Assembly: GCA_018653365.1 (NCBI GenBank)
Contig: JABIAG010000001.1
Coordinates: 192,001 to 256,000 of the forward strand
DNA from: Candidatus Woesearchaeota archaeon
GTDB taxonomy: Archaea; Nanobdellota; Nanobdellia; Woesearchaeales; JABIAG01
Length of the DNA stretch: 64,000 nt
Direction of reading: 5' to 3'
Numbering within the stretch: position 1 is the stretch's first letter; every line of letters begins with the position of its first letter. Below, piece by piece: positions 20,496-29,285 of this stretch. The notes under the pieces are model-generated. The model saw only the letters and a list, made by a program, of their open reading frames with translations, ran no database searches and was not told where the DNA came from. The position numbers and the translations under genes were made by a program.

Positions 20496-21505
20496 TAAGT
20501 AAATAAGCTAGCAATATCATCTAAACTAGCAGCCTCTTTTGGTTTTTCTTTTTCTGGTTCGGGTTGTTTTCCCGGTTTTTCTTTTGGTTTGTCTTTGGTT
20601 TCTTTTGTCTTTTTTCCTTTTGACTTTCTTCCCCTATTCATTGGTGAAGACTGAATTTCTAAATTAGCATCAACATAGTATAAACGATTCTTTTCTCTTG
20701 TGATCCCAACAACTTTAACCTTTTCTTTAGGTTGTTTACCTTTCTTTCTACCCCTAACCATCTTAACTCTAGAAATATCCCCTTCCTTATCAACAAAGTA
20801 AAGAAAACCTTTTTCTTTTTTTGATTCTGATACTTCGGGTTCAGGAGGTACGGGTGTTGTCTCTTCAGGTGTTGGTGGAACCGGAGTTGTTTCCTCAGGA
20901 GTTGGGGGGAGAGGTTCTGGTTGTTGTTCTTCAGGTTCTTCTTTAACTTCTTCTGCGGGTTTGGGTTCATCATCCGCAATTTCAATTCCTAACTTCTTAG
21001 AAATGAATGCCTTTAAATCAGAAGCAAGAGATTCAAGTTGAGTAGTATCAATCTTATTTTCTTGAAGGTCAAAACAGGTTAAACCATCCTTATCTTTTCT
21101 TGGTACAATATGAATCATAAAGTGTTGAGCTCTTTGACCTGCAGGAAGACCATTAGCAATAAAAATACTAGTTCCTTCACATTTTAATGATTGTAAACAA
21201 CAATTAGAAAGTGCTTTAGTAATCTTGCCCATCCGTTCCATTACATCTTGAGGTACTTGAGGACCAACCTGGAGATGCTTCTTAGGCATAAGTAAAATAT
21301 GGCCAGGATTAGCAGGATTAATATCTAATATTGCTAAACAATCATCATCTTCGTAGATACGAGTGGATTCGATCTTTCCATCAATAATCTGACAAAAAAT
21401 ACACTGTTGTCTAAAGAATGCTTCACGCTCCTCAGGAGACATCTTAGCTAATTTTTCTTGAAATTCTTTTATTTGTTCTTCAGTAGGTTGTTCTTGTTCA
21501 GGCAT
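20495..21505 (-). CDS. HIT-family protein (degenerate triad) with Pro/Glu linker and Cc1-like module
   Basis: CIFCQII, LDINPANPGH, GQRAQHFMIHIVPR; GFLYFVDKEGDISRVKM and RLYYVDANLEIQSSPM repeat. Confidence 0.85.
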   Translation of the reverse strand: MPEQEQPTEEQIKEFQEKLAKMSPEEREAFFRQQCIFCQIIDGKIESTRIYEDDDCLAILDINPANPGHILLMPKKHLQVGPQVPQDVMERMGKITKALSNCCLQSLKCEGTSIFIANGLPAGQRAQHFMIHIVPRKDKDGLTCFDLQENKIDTTQLESLASDLKAFISKKLGIEIADDEPKPAEEVKEEPEEQQPEPLPPTPEETTPVPPTPEETTPVPPEPEVSESKKEKGFLYFVDKEGDISRVKMVRGRKKGKQPKEKVKVVGITREKNRLYYVDANLEIQSSPMNRGRKSKGKKTKETKDKPKEKPGKQPEPEKEKPKEAASLDDIASLFT

Positions 21506-21551
21506 AATAGAATGATTGGGTTGAGGTATTTAAATGTTATTTGTTTTGAGG

Positions 21552-22100
21552 TTAGGCCAACTCTTTTTTTAGAATTTTATGTGCAACATTTATTTGTTTA
21601 AACTTTTCTGTGTTTCCATTAGCCATATCTGGATGATGTTCTTTTGAAAGTTTCTTATAATTTTGATGCATTTCTTCGAAATCTGTTGAATCTTCATCTA
21701 CTCCCATAGTTTTTCTGGCTTCTTTTCTTTGTTTAATAATGTCATTATCTTCTTTAAACAAGTTTGAAAATTCTTCGGGAGTTAGTTCTTCATTAACTAA
21801 ACTTTGAAGAAAGTGTTCAATGACTTGTGCAACCATGGCCAGATTCTCAACAAATTTTGAGGCATGATTATAACTGAAAAATAAATGTTCATCCCACATA
21901 TACCAAGAAATTAAAGCTTGTGCTTTTTTCATCGCAACACGTTCTAACGGAACGTCAATATCATCTTCAGTTAACCCAAATTTTCTTAGATTGCTAATTA
22001 TCTTATTCTTGTATTGCAAAGCCTTTCTATCATATGAGTCCCGAATAAATACTTGTTTGAACTCATGTCCTTTAATTTCAGTCATAAGTCTGATATTCAC
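21552..22100 (-). CDS. Protein with C-terminal J-domain
   Basis: YKKLSKEHHPD...FKQINVAH. Confidence 0.88.
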   Translation of the reverse strand: MNIRLMTEIKGHEFKQVFIRDSYDRKALQYKNKIISNLRKFGLTEDDIDVPLERVAMKKAQALISWYMWDEHLFFSYNHASKFVENLAMVAQVIEHFLQSLVNEELTPEEFSNLFKEDNDIIKQRKEARKTMGVDEDSTDFEEMHQNYKKLSKEHHPDMANGNTEKFKQINVAHKILKKELA

Positions 22101-22142
22101 GGTTTGTTTATAATGTTAACTGTATATTGAAGAATATAAGAT

Positions 22143-23843
22143 TTATTTATGAGTAAACCAAAATTTGTATTTGTTGTTTTCTATGCTATCTAATCTACAA
22201 AAACCAAAACGTTCAAATTGACATACGGCATTAACTTTTAATTTAGTTAGGGCGTTTTCAGAAAGACCGTGAATTGTTGTGTTGTCTGGCATAAGAATTT
22301 CGGTTTCAATAAGTTTTTCTTTAGGAAGCCAATGAATAATCGCGTTGCCATCCTTTTTATAATCTTCAAGATTTGTGCTTACAAATTCAAGTTGGTTGTC
22401 TTGTTTTTTAAAATTAAGACAATCCATAAGTCTGATTAGGTTTCCATTTTCTATCTTATTGAAGTCTTCTGGTGCGAGGTAAAATTCTGTGTTGGTGTTG
22501 AACTTCCTTCCCCCTTTTTTATTATCTGGATGAAGATCTAACTCAACTGTTTGATTTGGTGCATTGTTGATTGTAATTGCTTTTGGATCTTGAATGAAAA
22601 AGAATCTTTCTGCTTGGTTATCTAAAATTTTTCTACTCTCAGCAGCGATAACATCAAAATCTAAATTCGAATTAGCCTTAGACATACCAATTATCTTGGC
22701 AAGCTCATAATATGCTTCTTTTGGAATTCCTCTTCTTTTTAGTGCTCTTAATGTAACTAATCTAATATCATCCCAACCATTATAGTTTCCAGATTCAATT
22801 AATTGCCTTATTTCTCTACCTTGAGTAACTGCGTTTTCTATCTTGAAACGAGCATACTGCTTGACTTCAGGATTGGGTAGTTGGAATAAATCTCTAATAT
22901 GGTCTTGTAGTTCTATTCTAGAATCAAACTCGTTACTTCTCAAAACATGAGTTATATTGAGTAAACCCTCTTCAATAGCATTTTCAAAATCATACATGGG
23001 CCAAACTTTGTACTTAATTCCTTGTTTGTAATGTTTAGCATAAGCGAGTCTAAAAATAACTGGATCTCGCATTACCGCATTCTTATGTTGCATGTCAATT
23101 TTTAACCGCAAAGTTATAGAACCCTCTTCAGGAGTGCCTTTTTTCATCTCTTCCCAATCCGCTTTGGTTTGAGCATTATCTTTACTTCTGCAAGCACAAT
23201 CTTCCATTGCACGTCTACCTTTAGAAATGCCTTCACTCTTACAAGAACAAGTATATGCTTGATCCTTATTTATTAATTGTTCAGCCATGTCATAATATTG
23301 ATTCATGTGATCAGAAACAAAAACAGTTTTAGAAGGTTTAATATCAAGATACTCTAAAACATCTTCTTTCATAGCATCAACAAATTCTTCTGTAGATTTT
23401 TCGGGATTGGTATCCTCAAATCTCAAAACACATTTACCTTTGTATTTTAGAGAGTACATATAGTTTAGTAAAAAACTAATTGCATGACCAAAATGATTAT
23501 ACTTAGAAGGTTCAGGACTGATTCTAGTTATTACTTTGCCCTCAACTGCATTTTTTAACTCAGGTAGTTCATGACGTGACTCTTTACGCTTATCTTTTTG
23601 TTCTTTTTGTTCCTCAAAATAGTTTGGATCAATCTTGAGAAGTTCTGCTTTTTGATCTTCAACAGAAAGTTGGTTAATCTCACCAACAATTTCATTAATT
23701 TTTGGCATGATCTCACCCATCTTAGCTTTTCTACTAGGGTCTTCACCTAAAAGCTTACCAACTAGGGCTCCAGGGTTACACTTACCCTTGAATTTTAGGG
23801 CGTTTTCTAATGCATATTTTCGAATTGAATCTTCTAAAGACAT
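22143..23843 (-). CDS. gltX: Glutamate--tRNA ligase (archaeal type)
   Basis: RISPEPS, HFGH, LRFEDTNP, QFERFGF; start moved to 23843. Confidence 0.95.
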   Translation of the reverse strand: MSLEDSIRKYALENALKFKGKCNPGALVGKLLGEDPSRKAKMGEIMPKINEIVGEINQLSVEDQKAELLKIDPNYFEEQKEQKDKRKESRHELPELKNAVEGKVITRISPEPSKYNHFGHAISFLLNYMYSLKYKGKCVLRFEDTNPEKSTEEFVDAMKEDVLEYLDIKPSKTVFVSDHMNQYYDMAEQLINKDQAYTCSCKSEGISKGRRAMEDCACRSKDNAQTKADWEEMKKGTPEEGSITLRLKIDMQHKNAVMRDPVIFRLAYAKHYKQGIKYKVWPMYDFENAIEEGLLNITHVLRSNEFDSRIELQDHIRDLFQLPNPEVKQYARFKIENAVTQGREIRQLIESGNYNGWDDIRLVTLRALKRRGIPKEAYYELAKIIGMSKANSNLDFDVIAAESRKILDNQAERFFFIQDPKAITINNAPNQTVELDLHPDNKKGGRKFNTNTEFYLAPEDFNKIENGNLIRLMDCLNFKKQDNQLEFVSTNLEDYKKDGNAIIHWLPKEKLIETEILMPDNTTIHGLSENALTKLKVNAVCQFERFGFCRLDSIENNKYKFWFTHK

Positions 23844-23883
23844 AGAAAGTTTTAAATTATAAACATATATAAAGTTTTGTAAA

Positions 23884-23955
23884 GGGCCCTTCATATAGTA
23901 GCTATTATTCCCGGCTGGCAGTCGGGCAACTCGGGTGCAAGTCCCGGAGGGTCCA
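23884..23955 (+). tRNA. tRNA-Ala(GGC)
   Basis: GGGCCCT/AGGGTCC acceptor with G3:U70, loop CT-GGC-AG, discriminator A. Confidence 0.85.
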
Positions 23956-24091
23956 CTTTAATGTTCTAATAACATATCACAAAATGTGAAATACATTTTG
24001 AATGTATGGTCAACAAGTTAACTCCAACATATCACAAGATTTAAATAGATTGATATCGAAAATATATAAAACTATTTTCGGGGGTGAAAAT

Positions 24092-24496
24092 ATGGCATTA
24101 GGAATATTATCTCCAGGAGTACAAATACTCTCAAATGTGATTGCACTATTAGTAACAATCTTCATTGGGGCATGGATACTACAACTGGCAGGAAAGATAT
24201 TTAAAGAAAAAATAAGTTATAAAAAAGGATTGGGCCCAGCAACCATTATTGGAATTGTGGGTTTCTTAATTGCATTGCCAGGAGTGTTTGTTTCAGGACT
24301 AGCAATAGCATTTGGAATAGTAAACTTTGTAGTAGTATTGTTACTATACTTGTTCCTACCAAAAATGATGCTTGGAATTAAGAAGGGCGTTGTACTAGGA
24401 CTAGTTTGGTGGGTATTCATGCTGATTGTTGGCTTGATTATCGCATTAATCGTGGGATTAATACTTGCTGCAATATTTATGGCTAGTGTGCTATAA
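24092..24496 (+). CDS. Membrane protein
   Basis: Four TM segments; SD GGGGTGA before ATG 24092. Confidence 0.8.
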   Translation: MALGILSPGVQILSNVIALLVTIFIGAWILQLAGKIFKEKISYKKGLGPATIIGIVGFLIALPGVFVSGLAIAFGIVNFVVVLLLYLFLPKMMLGIKKGVVLGLVWWVFMLIVGLIIALIVGLILAAIFMASVL

Positions 24497-24659
24497 TTTT
24501 TTTTATTTTTTTATATTCTTCTTCCGAACAATTAACAGAAATAATGTTTAACTTAGTTATGACAAACCAGGCAAACTTGTCTTTAAATATTTCTTCATTT
24601 AATGTGTTAATGTCACTAATTTGCCGCTTAGAAAGCGGTTTTTCAAGTTTAATAATCAC
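24483..24659 (-). CDS. Small hypothetical protein (58 aa)
   Basis: GTG overlapping previous TGA; MIIKLEKPLSKRQISDINTL... Confidence 0.45.
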   Translation of the reverse strand: MIIKLEKPLSKRQISDINTLNEEIFKDKFAWFVITKLNIISVNCSEEEYKKIKKIIAH

Positions 24660-24781
24660 TTAAATGCACCCCATTTAATTAAGTCAACTACAAATGCAGA
24701 AATAAGACAAAATCCAATTATAAAATAAATTAAAAGGAGTTGCATTTTTGAATACTTGGTGGTTTTAGCAAGACAAATCAT
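24656..24781 (-). CDS. Small single-TM protein (41 aa)
   Basis: MICLAKTTKYSKMQLLLIYFIIGFCLISAFVVDLIKWGAFK; overlaps both neighbours. Confidence 0.45.
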   Translation of the reverse strand: MICLAKTTKYSKMQLLLIYFIIGFCLISAFVVDLIKWGAFK

Positions 24782-25265
24782 TTTTGCCTCCGGTTGTACA
24801 AAATATTTTATTGTTGATTATATCATATGAATTTATTTCTGGTAAGTCAACTTTAGATTTGCAACAAATGTTGTGAGCAGAATTTACTATGATTGCTTCA
24901 GTTGAGCTGTCATGTTCCCTTAAGGTTAGTTCAAGTTCTTTCTTCATCTCTTTTAATATTTCTAATTCTTTCTGAAGGCTGGCCAATCTACTGGTTGAAT
25001 TTTTGAGATTTTGTTTAATCTTAGAAATTTCTGTTGACAGGTGTTCATTAGTATCGCTTGTTTCAACTGCGGTTTTTTGGGTGTGGTCTAGCTGTTTGTT
25101 GAGTTGATCTAAATTATAATTGTAATCTTCTAGTGTGGTGTCGGTATTTTTTATATTGTTATAAATTACAAATCCTGTGGCTGCGGGTTTGATAATGAAA
25201 AGGAAAAGCAATATGCTTAACGGGACCAGTGCAAGTGCATAATATCCTGTGTTGTTTTTTTTCAT
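24765..25265 (-). CDS. Membrane-anchored coiled-coil protein
   Basis: N-terminal TM followed by TGFVI, coiled coil, Cys-containing C-terminus. Confidence 0.75.
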   Translation of the reverse strand: MKKNNTGYYALALVPLSILLFLFIIKPAATGFVIYNNIKNTDTTLEDYNYNLDQLNKQLDHTQKTAVETSDTNEHLSTEISKIKQNLKNSTSRLASLQKELEILKEMKKELELTLREHDSSTEAIIVNSAHNICCKSKVDLPEINSYDIINNKIFCTTGGKNDLSC

Positions 25266-25387
25266 TAGGTTACCTCTAAAAGTTGAGAACTAAAACTACC
25301 TCTTTTCAGATTATTTAAAATACTTTCGGTTTTGGTATATGTAATATATATCGACTGTTTTTAAACTAAAAGCTATCATGAGAGGGT

Positions 25388-26725
25388 ATGATTGACATAT
25401 TCTTGGTTGTTGGTTATTTTATAATTGTATTATTTATTGGAATATATGCCTCTAGAAAAGAGAGTAAAGAGGGATTTCTTATTGGGGAACGGAAGATGGG
25501 AACCCTATCTTTGTCCTCATCAATTTCAGCAAGTCTACTAGGGGGAGGAATATTAGTAGCATATGCAGCCTATGTTTACCAGTATGGAATGTCAGCAATG
25601 TGGTTATTTCTTGGATTAGCAGTGGGACTTGTAATGTTGTTATTATACGGGAAGAAGATAAAACATTTCGCTGACAGAAAACAACTCTACACAATTTCTG
25701 ATTATTTTAAAGAATTATACGGGAAATCAACAGGGTTAGTAACAACTTTAGTGATTATCTTGGTTTTTATCTTCATGGTGGTTATAGAATTTATTGCAGG
25801 TGGAAAAATGCTAAGTAGCCTGTTCGGAACTTCATATGCATTTGCAGTTTTGATAATGGCAATAATAATTTTAGTCTATTTAATTCTGGGCGGATTTAAA
25901 TCTGTAGTTAAAACAGATGCATTTCAGTACTTAATTGCGTTATTGTTCGGAATTATTATAACTTTTGTACTCTTTGGAAAAACTACCTTGCCATTAAAAG
26001 AATTCAGTCTGGGGACAATGGGTTGGGGTAATTCAATAGCCTTTGTGATTATTGGGGCATTTGCAGTTTTTGCTGCAGCCGATATGTGGCAAAGGATATA
26101 TGCAGCTAAAAGTGTAAAAGTTGCTAAAAAGTCTATGGGTTGGGCAATACTTCTTGTTTTGATATTCGGGTTTATAATTGCAATAGTTGGAATTGCTGCC
26201 AAGGTTAACTTTTCAGGATTAAATCCCCAAGATGCGATGGTTTATGGACTTTCAAATTTATTACCTACTGGAATTTTAGGATTAGGTCTGGTGCTGTTGT
26301 TTGCAGCAATAATGTCATCAATAGATACGGGATTATTTATTTTGGGAATGGGAATCTCAAAAGATATCACTGGATCTTTTAAAACAATAACAAAAGAAAA
26401 ACTTGTAAGAATTACAAGATACTCCATATTCTGCTTTGTTGTACTTACGGTCTTGATCTCATTATTCTTTCAAAATGTGGTTTCAATAGCACTTGTTTTC
26501 GCAAGCATTAATCTAGCATTAATTCCCGCACTAATTGGAAGTTTTCACTTCAACTTGAAGGGAAAAGCAGTATTTTGGAGCATTCTTATTGGGTTGATAT
26601 CAGTTCCAATCGCATTGCCCTTTTTAGGTGTAACCCCTGAAAGTGCAGTAATTTCTTTGCCTGTGGCTTTGATTGTGTTGTTAGTTGGACAAGCAATATT
26701 TAAAAAGAATAAAACTCTAATTTAA
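25388..26725 (+). CDS. Sodium:solute symporter family transporter
   Basis: FLIGER, GGFKSVVKTDAFQ, WQRIYAAKS, AAIMSSIDT. Confidence 0.92.
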   Translation: MIDIFLVVGYFIIVLFIGIYASRKESKEGFLIGERKMGTLSLSSSISASLLGGGILVAYAAYVYQYGMSAMWLFLGLAVGLVMLLLYGKKIKHFADRKQLYTISDYFKELYGKSTGLVTTLVIILVFIFMVVIEFIAGGKMLSSLFGTSYAFAVLIMAIIILVYLILGGFKSVVKTDAFQYLIALLFGIIITFVLFGKTTLPLKEFSLGTMGWGNSIAFVIIGAFAVFAAADMWQRIYAAKSVKVAKKSMGWAILLVLIFGFIIAIVGIAAKVNFSGLNPQDAMVYGLSNLLPTGILGLGLVLLFAAIMSSIDTGLFILGMGISKDITGSFKTITKEKLVRITRYSIFCFVVLTVLISLFFQNVVSIALVFASINLALIPALIGSFHFNLKGKAVFWSILIGLISVPIALPFLGVTPESAVISLPVALIVLLVGQAIFKKNKTLI

Positions 26726-26728
26726 GAA

Positions 26729-27544
26729 ATGTTCAAAAATATACTGTTTTGGTGCGAGTTTCCTGAACGGATAAACTGGCAAAAATTAAATACGTTCTTT
26801 AAGAATCAGGATTTTGTTGCAGATATTGGTATTGTATGCACAAGTAAACAAGACTACTTAGGTAAAGCAAAAAATATTAGTAAACTAAGTAATGTTAAAC
26901 TAAAACGTGCCTGGCCGGTTTTGTCGAAGCTAGAGGGTTACTGGTTCTCATCACAAACATCACGAAAATCAATTGATAGTTTAGATCAGTACAAAGGAAT
27001 GAAAATTAAGCTTGATATTGAACCCCCTCTTCCTACAATAAACTCATATAAACGAAATAAATTTGTGATGGATGCTTGGTTAGCAAGTCAAATGTTTAAA
27101 AAAGGAAAAAATCAAAAATATTTGTGGAAAAAAGTTCACGAATTGATAAAATCTGGTGATGTGATGTTATCTACTTTTTCATTTCCAAGATTCATAGCTA
27201 AAAGAATGGGGGTGTTGTATGATAAAAAATTAAGTTACAATTATATTTACTATTCTTCTTTTATCCCTAAATTTTTAAGAGGGTTGTATAATGCGTACAT
27301 GTCACGATTCATTAAACAAAAATTGAAGTTTGATTCAGAAACTTATTTTGCTGTGGGGTTGTTGACCCCTGGAATATTTAATGACGAACCTTGTTATAAA
27401 CTTATTTCTGAACTTGATCATGATTTGAAATTTTTACTTAAACGAGGAGTTAAGAATTGTGTGGTGTTTAGGTTAGGAAGTTTCTTGGAGCTTAAGGATT
27501 CTGCGCGTTGGTTAAAAGTTATAAAAAAGTATTCTCAACATTGA
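26729..27544 (+). CDS. Hypothetical protein
   Basis: 271-aa ORF starting 3 nt after the symporter. Confidence 0.7.
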   Translation: MFKNILFWCEFPERINWQKLNTFFKNQDFVADIGIVCTSKQDYLGKAKNISKLSNVKLKRAWPVLSKLEGYWFSSQTSRKSIDSLDQYKGMKIKLDIEPPLPTINSYKRNKFVMDAWLASQMFKKGKNQKYLWKKVHELIKSGDVMLSTFSFPRFIAKRMGVLYDKKLSYNYIYYSSFIPKFLRGLYNAYMSRFIKQKLKFDSETYFAVGLLTPGIFNDEPCYKLISELDHDLKFLLKRGVKNCVVFRLGSFLELKDSARWLKVIKKYSQH

Positions 27545-27602
27545 AAAACTTTTTATATGATTAGTTGGCACATTTTATTATACTTATTGGAGGTAAGAAA
27601 AA

Positions 27603-27980
27603 ATGGAAGAAGAAATGAATAATCAAGAAACAACTGAAGAGGAACAAACAGAAGCTCCTGTAGAAGAAACAACTGAAGAAGCACCTGCTGAGGAAGCAAG
27701 TGAAGATGCAGCTGAAGAACCTGCTGAAGAGGCGAGTGAAGAAGCTGCTGAAGAGGAATCATCCGAAGCTGAAGAAGAACCTGCTGAAGAGGCTACAGAA
27801 GAAGCACCTGCTGAGGAAGCAAGTGAAGAAGCTGCTGAAGAACCTGCTGAAGAGGCTACAGAAGAAGCACCTGCTGAGGAAGCAAGTGAAGAAGCTGCTG
27901 AAGAACCATCAACAGAATCTGATGAGTTTGATGTTGGCGAAGAAAAATCAGAAGAATCTTCAGAAGATTCAGAACTATAA
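27603..27980 (+). CDS. Highly acidic low-complexity protein
   Basis: SD GGAGGT; E/A/P/S repeats. Confidence 0.8.
   Translation: MEEEMNNQETTEEEQTEAPVEETTEEAPAEEASEDAAEEPAEEASEEAAEEESSEAEEEPAEEATEEAPAEEASEEAAEEPAEEATEEAPAEEASEEAAEEPSTESDEFDVGEEKSEESSEDSEL
27774..27899 (+). repeat. Exact 63-bp tandem repeat, two copies (EEPAEEATEEAPAEEASEEAA)
   Basis: Copies start at 27774 and 27837; a degenerate copy lies upstream. Confidence 0.9.
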
Positions 27981-28005
27981 ATTCTGATTATTTTTTTTAT
28001 TTTTT

Positions 28006-28566
28006 TTAAAATTCTTGATCTTTTTTATCTAAAATTGCAATAGTTGTTGAAACATCCTGTTCTTTTATTTTATATTTAATTAGTTGACTTAGTTCAGATA
28101 ATGTTTGAATGTTATTTCGTATTTTCACATCATTATGTAAAATATAAATTAACCTTCCAGTAGGATTTAAATTAGCTAAACATTTTGTTAATAACCCTTC
28201 AATGTCAAATTCAGACACTTTCTTTTCATAAAAGTCATTACAAATTATTATGTCAAAGCTTTCTTTGAAGGTATAGTTAACAACATCTTCCGAAGAAAAA
28301 TTGTGAGTAAATTTTGAAAGATTTCGTTTTGCTTCATCAATAACTTCAGTTTTTTTATCAATTCCAAAAGGAATTAAGTCAAATTCGCTGAATTCACAAA
28401 TAAATTTGAGTAACATACCATTACCACAACCTAAATCCAAAATTTTGCCTGATTGGTTAATGAATTTAAGAAGAGCATGATATTCTACGTACGGCGGACT
28501 TAAATGCCCATTAAGTTTAGCTGAAAATGCGTTTTCATGAATTTTAAACCATTCAATATACTGCAT
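28006..28566 (-). CDS. Class I SAM-dependent methyltransferase
   Basis: ILDLGCGNG, FDIIIC, LNPTGRL. Confidence 0.85.
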   Translation of the reverse strand: MQYIEWFKIHENAFSAKLNGHLSPPYVEYHALLKFINQSGKILDLGCGNGMLLKFICEFSEFDLIPFGIDKKTEVIDEAKRNLSKFTHNFSSEDVVNYTFKESFDIIICNDFYEKKVSEFDIEGLLTKCLANLNPTGRLIYILHNDVKIRNNIQTLSELSQLIKYKIKEQDVSTTIAILDKKDQEF

Positions 28567-28630
28567 ATTTGTTATTAAACCGAATACTTTTTAAATGTAT
28601 TTCGACTCTTAATAACTGCTATGCAGGTAT

Positions 28631-28754
28631 GGCGGTGTAGCATAGTCTGGTCTATTGCGCTGGACTCATATCAATGAGTGATGAGCATTTATGCGATGAA
28701 ATAACTTTTGCGTAAGAAATCCAGAGGTCGGGCGTTCAAATCCCCTCACCGCCA
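28631..28754 (+). tRNA. tRNA with CAT anticodon (probably elongator Met), 48-nt intron at 28671-28718
   Basis: GGCGGTG/CACCGCC acceptor, CTGGA/TCCAG stem, CT-CAT-A loop. Confidence 0.88.
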
Positions 28755-28764
28755 TTTTTTTAAA

Positions 28765-29247
28765 ATGACCAAAATTTATTCTCAACAAGAACTGGCTGAA
28801 GTAATAGCTAAATTAAAACAAGAAGGGAAAAAAGTAGTAACGACAAACGGAACATTTGACATTCTTCATCTCGCACATGTAAAAATTTTAGAAAAAGCTA
28901 ACGAGTTAGGTGATGTTTTAGTTGTATTAGTGAATTCTGACAGCTCGGTTAGAGAGAATAAGGGACCAAATAGGCCAATCGTTCCACAAGAAGAAAGAAT
29001 GCAAATGTTGGCCTCCTTAGAATGTGTTGATTATGTAACCTGGTTCGATGAACAAGAAGTGGTTGAACCTCTAGCGAGATTAAAACCCTCTATCCATGCA
29101 AAGGGAGGGACATATATTCAGGAAAGAGTTGCGAAAGAACAAGAAGTAATGAAAGAAAATAAGGGTGAGTGGATAAACTTTGAGGTAGTTGAGGGGTATT
29201 CTACAACGAACGTTATTGAAAAAGTATTGGATGTTTATAAAAAATAA
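28765..29247 (+). CDS. Cytidylyl/adenylyltransferase (RfaE domain II-like)
   Basis: TNGTFDILHLAH, VNSDSSV, KGPNRPI, YSTT. Confidence 0.9.
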   Translation: MTKIYSQQELAEVIAKLKQEGKKVVTTNGTFDILHLAHVKILEKANELGDVLVVLVNSDSSVRENKGPNRPIVPQEERMQMLASLECVDYVTWFDEQEVVEPLARLKPSIHAKGGTYIQERVAKEQEVMKENKGEWINFEVVEGYSTTNVIEKVLDVYKK

Positions 29248-29285
29248 TAGAAAATTTTAAAAATCAATTCTGACTTGCGAGTTTA

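Noticed and set aside
27650-27910. Possible CRISPR array
   Set aside because: In-frame coding repeats with no unique spacers and no cas genes
28706-28720. Similarity of the tRNA-Met intron end to 38108-38123 (TTTGCGTAA(A)GAAAT)
   Set aside because: Short, AT-rich, gapped and in opposite transcriptional orientation; chance not excluded
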